Assembly: GCA_977016875.1 (NCBI GenBank)
Contig: CDRNST010000002.1
Coordinates: 558,001 to 622,000 of the forward strand
Direction of reading: 5' to 3'
Source: Pavona decussata
Lineage: Eukaryota
Length of the DNA stretch: 64,000 bases
Shown: positions 25,601-38,900 of the stretch, piece by piece
Layout: every line of letters starts with the position of its first letter
How positions within the stretch are numbered: the first letter of the stretch is position 1
Notes under the pieces: generated by a model
Told to the model about the DNA's origin: nothing
The model's input: only the letters and a program-made list of their open reading frames with translations
Databases searched by the model: none
Made by a program: the position numbers and the translations under genes

Positions 25601-27699
25601 TAAACCATGGAAAGGACGAATTCTCGTTGCCTTATTTATCAATGCTTTACCTTCCGTGCTGGTGCATGAATCAATCTCGTTCGTTGTGGTATGCAAGCGT
25701 CTGAAACCAAGTGCTGGTGTCACTCCCTTCTCCCACGGAAATTTAGTCGTCCCAAAAGTAAGCAAATCTCAGTTATTCACAGTTCGCAGTTCTTTTATTG
25801 GCTCGAGGTTATCTTTAACAAATGAACCAGCTGCACAGAACACATTAAAACTCGAATCGATAGCATTCCCATTCAACAACATCGAAGCAGTAAACAAAAC
25901 AAAATGCCAACGTGATTCTGACGAAATCAAAATGTGCTCAAAAATAGAATCTGCAAAATATGAAATTTTTTGTCGGCATAACCCTATAGGTGTTTGCAAT
26001 CAATCGCTAGAGATCCAAAAGACAATGGTGTGGCAGCCATGTTGGATGACAGAACCTTTTGTTTTGCCATCCAACATGGCCGCCCTACCGTTGTCTTTTT
26101 GGATCTCCAGAGATTGGTTGCAAACCACCTATTCCAGATATTTAGGCGGCTGCTAATCGAGCCTACTATTCTGCGGCGCTTGCTGCTGTAGTTATTCTCG
26201 GAAAACTTTATCCCATAGATCACTCGTGTTCGTTGTCTAACCAATGCTATCCATTTATAAACAAAACCAAATGTGGTTTTGTTTCGTTGGTTGTAGAATT
26301 TAGGTATAATTTTTTTGTTAAATTCCACAGACGCCATCGTTGTCCACACGAGGGTTCAAGTCCAAACCGGATTATCAACAAGTCCAATCAGGGTCGGTGT
26401 CACGTGAACTCTGAGTACAAAACAAGCTACCAACCGGGCAAACGAACCAGGGGACCATTCCGCCGTCCAAACGACCTTCTTCACAACCAAGGAGATATAG
26501 ATAAAGACACGACCCAGAGGCTGGACTTTGTACCATTTGAGGTCAGACCTCCGAAGAAGAAGGAAGCAGAAAAATACTTGCCTAACCCAAACCCGTTTGA
26601 AACTGTATCAGAACACCGAGATCATTACCGTGGAGTGCGAACCATACCCGCTAAAATCCCTCCGTACATCCGCGGGGAGACTATGCGTGCTCCCTCAGCC
26701 AAGGTTGTGTACAAATCCATTTCGCACGACGATTACAAAGGCTGGATTCCGCAGGTTCACCGTGTCACGCGCAATGACTCCTACGCACCTCCTGAAGATC
26801 CATTTAGGGAGACGTCTATCCATCGACAGGACTACCAAAGGTTCAACCAGCCGCCACGCCCAACTGCGCGGCAGCCCGACAAGATCAGATACGAAGGTCC
26901 TGTGTCATCCAGCACCAACTACAGGGCGGACTTTAGGAACAAGGAGATACCGCCGCGATACCAGCGGAAACTGGAAGAACGCGTGCCGCCCGAAGAACCG
27001 TTCAACAGCAACTCGGTTTTCAAGGAAGATTTTGTGGATTTACGCGGCGCGCCAAAGGCTCCCATTTTTAATCCTAAAAGCGATCTGTTCAAAACCGATG
27101 AGCCCATGCAGCAGAAGACAACGAAGAATGAGGATTACAAGAGTTGGGAGGTATCGCCACGCAAGCAGCCCGAACCTGAGAAATACAAAGTACCGGATGG
27201 CGCCATGGACTGTCAGACCACCCACATGGATTACGCGCATTTCGGAAAGAAAGCTGTACCAGCCAAGACCGCTAGACCGCGCACCAAGCTGCGTTTTGGA
27301 CGAGAAGACGCACTTGATGACAAGACAAACTACGGCCTTAGCTTCAGATGGTCCTACGAGCCTGTTGTGCACTCAAAGGGTCCAGGGATCAGGAATGAAA
27401 TCTTCCCTCCGGTTCAGGAGAAGAGCGTCGAGAAGTCTGAATTTTTGGATAAGTACAAGAGATTTAACGTAGTACCCCCCAAGATGTTCCGTGACCGGAG
27501 CACGCTGTTCAAGACGTCCGAGGGAATTGCCAAGGATACGGTGTACGATGATGACTATACATGGCCCCGAATCAACTGTCCGTCGGACGCTTTGATGAAA
27601 GGCAAAGGAACGTTTACGTTTGATCACGAGACTGAAACCGGACATAAAATCTTTTCCATTGCTGAAAATTCACGCAGCACTGACATTGCAGTCGCGTAA
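22659..27699 (+). CDS. SAXO1: Stabilizer of axonemal microtubules SAXO1/SAXO2-like (FAM154), two exons, 468 aa
   Basis: Exon 22659-22696 MTKKCICQICTCG|GTAAGT spliced to 26331-27699 (ccacag|A CGC CAT) gives MTKKCICQICTCGRHRCPH, the characteristic SAXO N-terminus. Twelve ~34-aa Mn-type repeats (SEYKTSY, TTQRLDF, SEHRDHY, SISHDDY, SIHRQDY, TNYRADF, SVFKEDF, TTKNEDY, TTHMDY, TNYGLSF, SEFLDKY, TVYDDDY). SAXO1 versus SAXO2 cannot be resolved. Confidence 0.9.
23970..24653. mobile_element. Non-autonomous DNA transposon with ~150-bp TIRs and TTAA flanks (Kolobok-like) in SAXO intron
   Basis: TTAA|GGTAATACCCTATACCTTCAGAG ... CTCTGAAGGTATAGGGTTACC|TTAA with long inverted arms; GG termini rather than the CC of piggyBac. 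Confidence 0.75.
25986..26132. mobile_element. Palindromic MITE in SAXO intron
   Basis: ATAGGTGTTTGCAATCAATC...GATTGGTTGCAAACCACCTAT; whole element folds back. Confidence 0.7.
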
Positions 27700-28153
27700 C
27701 GAAAGCATGAGCGAGAAAGAGATTAATTATGTTTTCCATCGAGTTGCGAGCTTTCAAACAAATCATACATTTTGCCAGGGAATTGTTGTGCGTTTTAAAA
27801 ATGTTTCAGAATCTAATCGTTATATCCATCATTTAGTTATAGATATGAATTTGTCGGATTTTTACCTAATTTATTTTATATCGTCGAGCTTTTATCATAT
27901 ATGGTGAGCCTCTAACTTGTCTGTTATTTCAGAAATCATGAGACAACTATTTTCAGTAATGACTCAAGGGGTGATGTCATCGGAATTTTGTTACGTTTCG
28001 GTCAAAACTGCACAAAATGTATGACAAGGTTATTTTTTAAGGTTATTTGACATTGTTATTTTTCAGTGTCGCACAGTACAACTTTTCATGACTGCAAAAA
28101 TACGTTAGGGGATATAGTATTTAGCGGGCGTACATGTATAACAACACTTATTA

Positions 28154-28521
28154 AGGACCTTAAAATCGACGACGTCGACGTCATGAGAACGTCAAAGAAC
28201 AATAGGATTTATGAGCAAAACGATCGCTCTGCAGGTGTGTTATGAATTTTGGTCAATTTCTTTGTCTTCTTCTTAACAACAACATGAAATGACCAATTCC
28301 AAAGGTTTATGGAGAACATCAACACACGAAGGTAAATTTTTCATTTTATTTTTTAACTTGAACGTCACTGCCACCAGTTCAGTTCCAAGATAGTTCGGTC
28401 ACACTGTACAAGTTGAACTATTTAAATTGGAAAAATCTCGAAGAATTTCAAAGAATATAAAATCACATAATTTGTCAGTGACGTTTTTGTAGATGTTGCC
28501 GTTGTGGTTCTTGAGGTTCCT
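28154..28521. mobile_element. Degenerate MITE
   Basis: AGGACCTTAAAATCGACGACG ... GCCGTTGTGGTTCTTGAGGTTCCT imperfect TIRs. Confidence 0.5.
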
Positions 28522-30042
28522 ATTATCCAGCTGCACTTAGTGCTATTCGAATGACGCTCGAAACGAGTACAAATATGACGTGATATTCGGAAAAATAGTT
28601 ATTTTTGCTGCAAAAAACCGGTTTGGAGGTTATTCGTACAGTACAAAACCGGTTTTCTAACGCGCGCGCGCGCTCACCTTGTTTCAGTTTTTCCATATAG
28701 CTTTCTTACCAACTTATCAGAAAAGCTTAAGTTTAAATAACTGATCTCTTTCTTTAGATGTATTGGTGTGTAGTATGGCTGTATATTTTTTATCCGTTGT
28801 TTGTATTTTGACTCGTCCTGCGAGTTTGTCAATGTAAAAACAATGGGTATAGATATACAGCGATACTACCCGCCAAAACGTCTAATTAACAAATATAGAT
28901 ATTATCCTTTCGTGCGTCCCGGACACCTCTATAAAAAGGAAACACTGTTCAAAACTATTCAGCTGAAATGTTTTGGGAGTTCTTGAAATCGGACTGAGTT
29001 TATTTTCGTTATTTCTGCTTGCACTGTAAGAAAAATGGGTTTTGTACCATTAAAAGTATTTTGAATGTATGTTTCTGTGTAATCTTTTTTTTTTTTTTTT
29101 TTTTTTTTTTGGGGGGGGGGGGGGGGGCTATAAACCATCAAAGCCTTCCAAAGTGGCAAAAAAAACATTAAGTCAAAGACAGTTTAAGCTTGTACAGTTT
29201 TATTACTTGTATTTTCTTAGGCAGATAAATGTGTGTCCATAACTAATTATTTTAACTGGTCAACATTAACATTAACCGCAGGTACATTGTATTTGACTGT
29301 ATACTCTAATTTGAACTTGAATTGCCTTGGTTTGATTGAAATTGGCCTATTGATCTATAATTGATTGGCCTATAAGTGAGTGTTTTATAAGAGGATTTCG
29401 AAGACCAGTTTAAATTCCTATTCTTATTTTTATTACTTTTTCCAGTTTGTTTAGATAAATAGATCGAAATATTAAAGTTTTTTTTAGCAGAGATTGTTTG
29501 AAATCACTTTCCCGAGGCCTGTTTCTTTGTTGATGGCTTTCGTCTATCAATAAATTTCTTCAGTGAATGTAGACCAGCTATCTTTAAAATTAGAGTAAAA
29601 CAGACTTTAATACAGAATACTCTAACGTAAACTGGAACAATTTGTTTCTAAAAGTATTATCTCCTTGTATTTTCAATCGTCTTCTCAGCCTTAACAGCTT
29701 TGTGTCCACAGTAAAGCTAAAAATTCCAAGTGAAGTAGACACAAAAATATAAAAAATTTCTCTAGCGGTGCTATTCTTTTGGGATTAATATTTCAAGTAT
29801 TCGGAAAAGAATTGAAAAACCTCGAAAGAGGGTTGGTATAAAGAGCGACTTCTTTGGCTCGCATTTAAGAAAACGGAAATCCGCAGAATATTGGGCTACG
29901 GTTATTTTTGAATACGAGGAAATATCTCCCAAAAGCGCACCCTATGTGTTCTGTTAAATAAATAGAATATTTATTTTTGCAAATTTCAGGTAATTATTCA
30001 GCATATTTCTTTCAAAGTTCAGGTAATTATTCAGCATGTCTT

Positions 30043-30137
30043 TTAGCGGCACGTATTACAACACCAACGGGAATATACAGGGCACATTCCAATTTGTTTG
30101 ACTCTCTGGCAGTATTTAACTTCGTCGACGCAGTTCT
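30043..30137 (-). CDS. Giant ADAMTSL terminal exon, PLAC domain
   Basis: tttttgttttcag|ENCVDEVKYCQRVKQIGMCPVYSRWCCNTCR*. Confidence 0.92.
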
Positions 30138-32912
30138 CTGAAAACAAAAAGAAGGAAAAACTTTCAGTTTGCGTTATTTGTGATGTAGCCGGTGTAGTCT
30201 GTAAACGAAACTTAGAGAGACTTTAGTTGTGTGAGGTATGATACGAAGAGTATGGAACAATGCCTGAAACGTTACGGAGAACAATGTTCGATTACCGTCC
30301 GCAATAGTCCCTGATTTCAAAGGAACTGAACTTTTCAACTTTTAAAAATTTCGAACAGGATGCGCACTTTGAGCTCAGGAGAGCGCTCTCAAACTGAACT
30401 CAAAGCGAGTGAAAAAATTCATTACTTCGTCCGTGATTTTGAAATTGCAAGGGAGGAGAGTTTCAACCCGCATGCGCTCTGGTTTTCCGCACTGTTTCCA
30501 AGTGCTCTAGCTTTCAGTAGTTGCAAAGCTATGTAAAATCCTGGTTTACACCGTTAATGGAAGCTTTTGGCCATCCTGTTTTAAAGCAGCGTTCACGGCA
30601 TGCATCGCTAAGGTTTTAGTGACAGTTTGAGGTGAAACAAAGACAATGAAAGATCAAGGTGTATGAACAAAAATTCTCCTTTTACACCTTACGCAGAGAT
30701 GAACTGGGGAAAAGATATGGCTACAATAAGTACGTGGTATAGGAACACATGATTTGGTGACAAGGTACAACAACTTATTTCCATCAAGAACAGTAGGGAG
30801 ATGGGGGTACAGAAAAATTTTCCCCACAGAAAGCGGGTAAATTTGTTGCACCATAACTATACATACCTTCAAAAAACTAACCACTCAAGTTCTTCGATAC
30901 CTTTTCTGTTTGTTTTAGTTTTTTCTGTTACCTAACGACTTGTTTGCCAACAAACTAATTTTCCTCAAAAGCTGTAAAGATAATAACTGTCAGGGTAAAA
31001 TTTCTCATAGAAATCTCTCAAATTCCAACGATTCTTCAAAAACACAACACGATACTGTTAATTTCTTGATAAAACAGTGGAGTCAAACAACGAAAGCCAC
31101 TGCTGCCATTTTTGAATAATGTCTATAACTTGTTAAAGTGAATTCAACCTGACTTCTGATAGGATTAGCCTGTATAATTGTATCTCGAGTAGTGACGAGA
31201 GCGGGGTGTGATATTTAGTATGTTTACCAAGGGTTATATCAGGAAGCCGAAGGGCAAGCCTTACCTTTTCTACACGGCTTTCTGTTACAAGGCTCCTGCA
31301 AGGGCGGTTGTTTCAGCCATCCGCACTGACCTTTGGCCGGCTTCAAGCTTTTTGCAAAGACACACTGTAAATTACGAAGCTTAACTCCATGTGGACCGCA
31401 AGAACGGGAACACTATCAAAGAAACGAAACAAGAAAAAGTAAATGCGCGATTATAAAGGCGATTTTAAAATGGTTATTTTGTAAGTTCACTTCGTCATAC
31501 AATTGGACAACTGAACAACAAAAACAACAACAACAAAAAAGGACAAATAAGCAGACAATAGACCATTTCCGAGTTGCTTTGAACCTCATCATGAATGCGA
31601 GGTTAAGTGCAAAGTTTTTGTTACGAAAATTAGTTTTCATTCATATGCAAACAAAACTAATTTTATTATGAAAAGTTTTGCACTTAGCCTCGCTCTCATC
31701 GTGAGGTTCACAGCAACTCGGAAATGACCTATTACTGTCTCCCATTTTAAGACAGTGCTTCTTGGGGGACTAAAACTTGAGCGAAAGGTTAAACTTTAAT
31801 TTCCCGCGATACCGAAGAATTGTATCACAGCAGTGCTACGACCTCAGCGCATGTGGTTTCTGTATCATTTGACGCTCAAAAGTAGATCAAGAGGGCAGAA
31901 AGCAACATTAGGAAAAGCAAACAAACAACAACAACAACAACAACAACAAAAAACAAATAATTAGAAAAAAAAAAGAGCAAAGTCTTTTCCATCCCAAACC
32001 GGAATTTTTTGCCGAGCCTGCCTAGTACAAATTTGCTTTAAAACAAACCTACTTCACACCACATAAATCTCCTCGGCGTTAGCCTCGACTAGCGCGCGAC
32101 AGCCGCAACAATGATGGTTTAATCTTTACTTACCGCTGACCAAGCAGTTGTCCGCCAAATCACGTGACAATCTCTATGAGTACAACGCCGGCGTTTGATT
32201 GGTCTATGCTTGTGTACACAATGCAGGTCACTAACAGCCTTACCCGCCGGACCCATGCAACTTATGTGTCTTTCCTGCCAGCCTCGAAGATGCGTTACAC
32301 AGTTACCGCACTGAAAGGAAGGTAAACAGAAAGAAATCGATAAGAATATTTGAGACACTTTATTTCCTCAAACAAGCGTCTGGGGCGCTGATTTCCGGTT
32401 GTAAATTTTGCCTTTTGAACAGTAATAAACTTTAACTAAATTAACGTGCCTCAAGTTTTCAACAATTTATTGTCCGTTTCAAAAAATGTGACTTTAATTC
32501 CCTACCTCATGCATTATTTGAAAGTTATTTTCATTGGCTATATTGGTGAGGGTGTGGTGGTTATTTTAGTCTCCCTGGCAGCAAATCGAGGGTGAGCGAG
32601 TGATCAACGCGGTACGGTATCGGTCATTTAAAGGGGAAACTAAACTGGATAGTATTTTTTAAAATTTAAACGAGGAATGTAAACTTACATTGCTCCAGGC
32701 TGTTGTCTTCCAGTGCCCTAGAAAAAAAACAGAACGAAAAAGGCCTTTCAGCAGGAGAAGAGATTGTATAATGCAAATCCAGGGATTTGATTGGCTTAGC
32801 GGCCATGGTATATGAGCCAAGATCTAGCAATATTTCTTGATTATTTTCAATAAAACAATTTTTCCACTTGTGCTTGTTGGATATGAAGATGATTATAGCC
32901 AACTCGGCGCTT

Positions 32913-32952
<40 letters not shown>

Positions 32953-35900
32953 GCTCGTGGAATAATTATTAAATAGCTATAAAAAGTAGCAATGTTAGAA
33001 AATATACAAAACAAAGCAAAACAATGACTTATAAGAGAAAAACAAGTTGACAATCACTTTTTTATGTGCTTTACGAATGATTTTACGGATGCGGCAGCGT
33101 TTGACTGTCCCTATTCCAGAATAATGGTCCAGCCAAACGTAAACGAATCCACCACCGATGTGGTTCGACACTGGCCAACATTGTTGAATTCAAGTGATAC
33201 TGGAATTGCCTGGCCACTATGATTTTAATATTGCTGAACGAAGTCCCCCATAGAGGGGGGTAACGCAACTACACCGAGCTCACTTGTCTATTTTACGGTG
33301 GAAAATTAATTTGGAGATAAAATCTGAAATGAGCACTTTCTTTTGCAATGTCTTCTATGCATAATAATATTGCTTGGAATAGAGCAAGGGGAGACGTTAG
33401 TGTTGATTTATTTGCGGGCCACTAGTAAATTGAGTCGCGCTCGCGCAATAAAAAAAAGCGTCATCTAGACGTTGACCAAAGGTATCCAGCATGTTTCATC
33501 CAGCACATTTGGGAGATGTTAAATTCGTTTGACTACCCCACATAACTTCGTCCATGGACGTTGCATTAATATCTCTTTTACAGCTAGTGTCATACAGTCT
33601 TTATTAGTGCTGGAACAGCGTTAGAATTTGCACTTGTATGACACTTTCTAGTAAATAAAGATTCACAATCATTCATAAACCAAATTCGAATGATGTTGAT
33701 GATGTTGAGTTCAGTCTATACGGCCTAACATGTGTAAGATTTAATAAGGCCGATTTAGACGGTACAACTTTTGCTTACGACTGTCGCATACGATTTCTGG
33801 GTCGCGCGCTGCTCGCGTCATGCAAAAAATCGCACACAACTCTCGTTACTCAACATTGCCTATACCTACGATTTTAAAACATGTTTTAAGGGCGATTTAG
33901 ACGGTACGATTTTCTCTTACGACTGTCGCATGCGATTTCTAGAGCGCGCGCTGCTTGCGTCATGCAAAAATCGTACACAACTCTCGCCACTCAACATTGC
34001 CTTTACCTACGATTGTCGTAGGATTTTAAAACATGTTTTAAGGGCAATTTAGACGGTACGATTTTGCCTACGATTTGTCGCAAGCGATTTCTAGAGCGCG
34101 CGCTGCTTGCGTCATGTAAAAATCGTACACAACTCTCGCCACTCAACATTGCCTTTACTTACGATTGTCGTAGGATTTTAAAACATGTTTTAAGGGCGAT
34201 TTAGACGGTACGATTTTGCCTACGATTTGTCTCATGCGACACGCTTACGCCATGCCTACAACACGAATCGCGTCGTGTAAATCAACCTACAACATCCTTA
34301 CGACAGACGCACACAACACGAAAAATGTCGTAGGATTTTAAAACATGTTTTAAAATCCTACGACAATCGTAGGTAAAGGCAATGTTGAGTGACGAGAGTT
34401 GTGTACGATTTTTACATGACGCAAGCAGCGCGCGCTCTAAAAATCGCATGCGACAGTCGTAAGAGAAAATCGTACCGTCTAAATCGCCCTTTAAAATCCT
34501 ACGACATTTTTCGTGTTGTGTGCGTCTGTCGTAAGGATGTTGTAGGTTGATTTACACGACGCGATTCGTGTTGTAGGCATGGCGTATGCGTGTCGCATGC
34601 GACAAATCGTAGGCAAAATCGTACCGTCTAAATCGCCCTTTAAAATCCTACGACATTTTTCGTGTTGTGTGCGTCTGTCGTAAGGATGTTGTAGGTTGAT
34701 TTACATGACGCGGTTCGTGTTGTAGGCATGGCGTAAGCGTGTCGCATGCGACAAATCGTAGGCAAAATCGTACCGTCTAAATCGCCCTTTAAAATCCTAC
34801 GACATCTTTTGTGACGTATACGACAGTCGTAAGTGAGTTGTAGGTTTGATTTACACGAAGCAATTCGTGTCGTAGGCCTGTCGTAAGCTTCTCGCATGCG
34901 ACAAAGTTGTCTCGTATAAATCGTCCTATAGAATGGTCTCGAGCTGTCACTCGTTCACAACAGTTTTGACTACCTCCCAGCAGATAAACACGCCATACCA
35001 TGTATTACAATTCACAATGCATTAAAAGTTTTAGAATGGAGAATTTTAGTAATCATTATGTGTTTATTTATTCCGGAATAGTGCCAATCAGATCGTACGA
35101 ACCCAAAATTTCATTTCCAGTCATGCTATTCATTCAGCTGTTTATCACATGAAGATCTCACAAAACAATAACATCATAGAATAATGAACGATACTCACCG
35201 GTAGCTTCATTTTTAACAGTAAGCCTTACGGATCCTTCATCCTTCCCAACAATGTTACTCGCAATACACTTGTATTGCCCGGTCTCCTTAGTTTCAACCT
35301 GACGGACTAACAAAACACCATTCGGAAGTAACAAATGTCTACTGTCATTCTTGATCAGCTCTTCGTTCCTTCTCCATGTGATGTGAGGGCTGGGCTTTCC
35401 AACAACCGTACAGATCAATATTAGATTGTAGCCTCTTTCAACAGCGAGGGATGAAATCGTTTTCCTTTTGACCTCTGCATGAGCCATTGCATAACCCTCG
35501 ATTCGTTTTTCGTTGAAGACGTGTCGCAACTGACGGTCAAGGATTTCAGGAGGAACTGCAAAAAATAAACAAAGGCTAAAATCATTGCGTTTCTTAAAAT
35601 TACCACAAATTATGCGAATTTTCGTCCATGAGGGATGTAAGTGTCATGGCGCTAAAAAGATCGCCAAGGAGACATATCCATGAAGCCTTTATAAATCAGA
35701 GTTACAAAATGGCAAATTTTACTTTGCAAAACGGTGTCAAAGAAACAGAATCATAAGCAAGTACTGCTGACGACGTTTCACTTCAGGAATTCATCAACAG
35801 ACTAAACATTTTGAACCGACGTGTCCAGCATAATAAAGAGCACAACAGGAAAGTACTGCTCAGTTGCTAACATTTGAATGGTCACCCTTTGGCTTTCATC

Positions 35901-38900
35901 CACCACTCTAAACCAAACGTTTCTCACCTCGTTAGAAGCCCCTCCCCGCGCCTCTTTTAAAATTGTTCCTTTCCCCCAAAGCAACATAATAAAAAATAAA
36001 TCAATAAAATAAACAGTAGTGGCCGTTGTTACGGATTTCTATACCAAAGGCACACCAGTTTAAACAAAAATATCTTTATTACGTGCGATTGAACTTACCC
36101 AAAATGCTGACACTTGTGGTTCTTCTGAGTGTTCCATATGAGTTATTTGCAATGCAAGTATAATTCCCTTCGTCCTCTAGCTCGGCGCTTGGTACCACCA
36201 ACGTGCCGTCATCTAACACACTGTGACGCTGTTTTTCGCTTAAAGTAGCTACTTCCCACGCAATCTTGGGCTTAGGAGTTCCTTCTGCAGCACATTTTAG
36301 GAGTAAGCTGGCTCCTCTGACCACCGCTGCCACGGCGCCGGTTGACGTTCTTCTGGCGTGTTCGGGTATATTGAATCGAGATTTTACTCCTCGCCAGTGA
36401 CTAGGAATCTCTGGAGGTGCTGAAATAAATGTGAAGGGAATAAAGAAACTAGGAAAACTTTTAAGTCCAGGAAGAATCGAAAAATGAGGTAACCGATAAG
36501 TAAATATCAATCAGTCCATGAGGCAACCAATCAGTTAGTCAATCAGGTAGTACGTCACTGAGCCAGCTGACAAATCAAGCCAGTCGGTCAGTCAATCAGT
36601 CAGTCGCTCGGTCTCTCGGTAAGTCAGTCAGTCAGTCAGTCAGTCAGTCAGTCAGTCAGTCAGTCAGTCAGCCATCAATCATTCAATAGTCAGACAATCC
36701 CTTTGCCTGTCAGCCAGTCAGTCAGTCAGTTAGTCAGTCAGTCTGCTTCCCCTACCATCAGTCAGTCAGTCAGCTTTCCCTACTATCAGTTAGTCATTGT
36801 GAAAGTCATGCATCCTTCGTTATATTTCAAACATAAACATGGACAATTGAAGACACAGAAGACTTCATAAAACAAAATACAAAACTTCCTTACTTCCAAT
36901 ATTCAACAGAGTTGAACCTTCGTCCTTTCCGGCGACATTAGAGGCAACACAAATGTAATAGGCAGCATCATTAATAGCGGAATTTGTTATGGAGAGAGAA
37001 CCGTCATAAAGGACTTTCAAAGAATGACTGACAACCACTTGGTGTCGCTCTTTCATGCCTGGAAGCCGCCTGTACCACGTAATGGTTGGCGTCGGAACTC
37101 CTGTTGCTAGGCACTTTATTCTTACAGAAACCCCTCTGGGAATAGTGACAACGGCCCCGGTTGTTATGGAAATGAGATCTCTAATGTCTGTTATCTCAAA
37201 GCTTCCCTTGAGGTTGCTAATTAGTGGTGGCACTGAAAAGAGGAGAAAATACATGTACAGTAACCTGACAGGGAAAAAATACGAATAACATCTGCCTTGA
37301 ACTTGTCGCGCAACAAATGTTTCTCTGGAAGCTGCAAAGAACGTCTACTCTCTGCAAGGCAGAACAAAGAATCGCAATTTACAACGTAACATTTGTTGAA
37401 TGACAAGTTGAACGAAAATTTTACCGGAATTCTTGGCCTTAAACTTGCTGCTGTTTATAAAAAGGGTTAATTTGTTGGAAGCAAAATTCACTGACAAACA
37501 AAAAGCAAACAAAGAAACAAAGAACAACAACAACAACAACAAATCTTTTAATCGTTTGAAGGCTTGGATGAAAGTCTTCCTATACAAATTTCTGGAATTC
37601 TTATGGTAATCTTATACTAAGATGCATAGGATTCATAACTTTTGATGGGCATAATTATCAATTTACAGTTTTGTTTGACCAAAATAGCTAAGTACAAGAT
37701 GTATCTAGTGTTTTGTTTAGTTACCTGTTATAGTAAGAGACAGTGATTCCACATCACGACCAAAGGGATTGGACGCCGTACATTGGTAACTGCCCTCGTC
37801 CTGTAGCCGCACTCCACGAATGACCAAAGATGATTCATTCATGAAGTACCTTCTGCCAGGAACTATGAACCGCTGGTGATGGCTCCAAGTGACTGTAGGC
37901 TTTGGTGAGCCCTTGTTAGGGCATGTCATGATGACTGTAGCATTAACTACAGTTGTAATGTTGGCGCCAACGGGTGCAAACACAGGCTTACTGCTGTTCA
38001 CGTCTACTATCACTCTCCTGTCGGGTAAAATGACAGGTCCTCCTGGTCCTGTGTGAAAGGACACAAAGACAGAAAATCATGAACAAATCGCCCTTCGCTA
38101 CATTAAAAACTTAAAATGTTCTGTCTAATGTCCTGTGTTTTCTGACAAAATTATGCTCCACAAATGTACTCTGTTATTGCTGTGAGTCTATCACTCAACC
38201 AGAAATCTTTTGTCCAAGGTGCCGATTCACGGGTCTCCACAATTCAAATTAAATAGTTTTTTTTCTTTATCGGGTGCTGTAAAACTGTAGTATCTGCCTC
38301 TGTTGATTTCTGCTGTCGTGTTACACATATCCAACGAAAAATGTCAAGGCCAGTTCCGGTGTCCACTTCTTAGTAATTTTACTGCGGATGGAGTAAAGAA
38401 TGAATTTTGAACGAAAATAATACAGGAAATAAAAGTTTCACGTCGAAGGGACCTACACTCCTTTGCCATATTTGGTTTGCTCCACTTCTCGCTCTCCCTT
38501 TCGTACTTGAGCTTAAATCTCTGTTTATTCTTTTTTATCTTATAACGTCGTTTGAGCTAATGAAGGCCTCTCAAACAAAAAAACTACACGTAAATACAAT
38601 ACAAGTAAATTAGTAGCATGAACTGTCCACTTAAAGTGCATAAGGTACTTTTAAGATGTTCGCCTTACTTATCCATCCTCCACGAATATAATACGAACTA
38701 GCAAAATGACGAGCTCTCGGTTGGCGTGATAGCTCAGTTGGTAGAGCACTACATCGGTATTACAAGGATCATGACTTCGAATCCCATTGAGGCCTAGCTA
38801 GCTAATTCTAGCTATAGTTAAAAAATAATTGGGGACACATGTAGGTGTACTACTCACGCACTAAATCTTTAATATGTTTAAATGACAACGATGGTTAATG

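Noticed and set aside
25559-25999. Two same-frame minus-strand ORFs separated by one TGA (selenoprotein or readthrough candidate)
   Set aside because: No recognisable protein, no redox motif around the TGA, non-ATG starts, and no SECIS that I could identify
26528-27472. 314-aa ORF overlapping SAXO in the +1 frame
   Set aside because: Starts at TTG and has no recognisable motif. +1-frame stops need xTA/xTG codons, which are scarce in this Leu/Val/Ile-poor protein, so a long open frame is an expected by-product.
33747-34927. CRISPR-like array or coding repeat (ORFs 33771, 34640, 34789)
   Set aside because: The spacers are themselves repeated and inverted, the context is eukaryotic with no cas genes, and nested MITEs explain the structure fully
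38720-38792. tRNA gene
   Set aside because: A- and B-box-like sequences are present but acceptor and anticodon stems do not pair well, and flanks match other dispersed copies, so it is a SINE-like repeat
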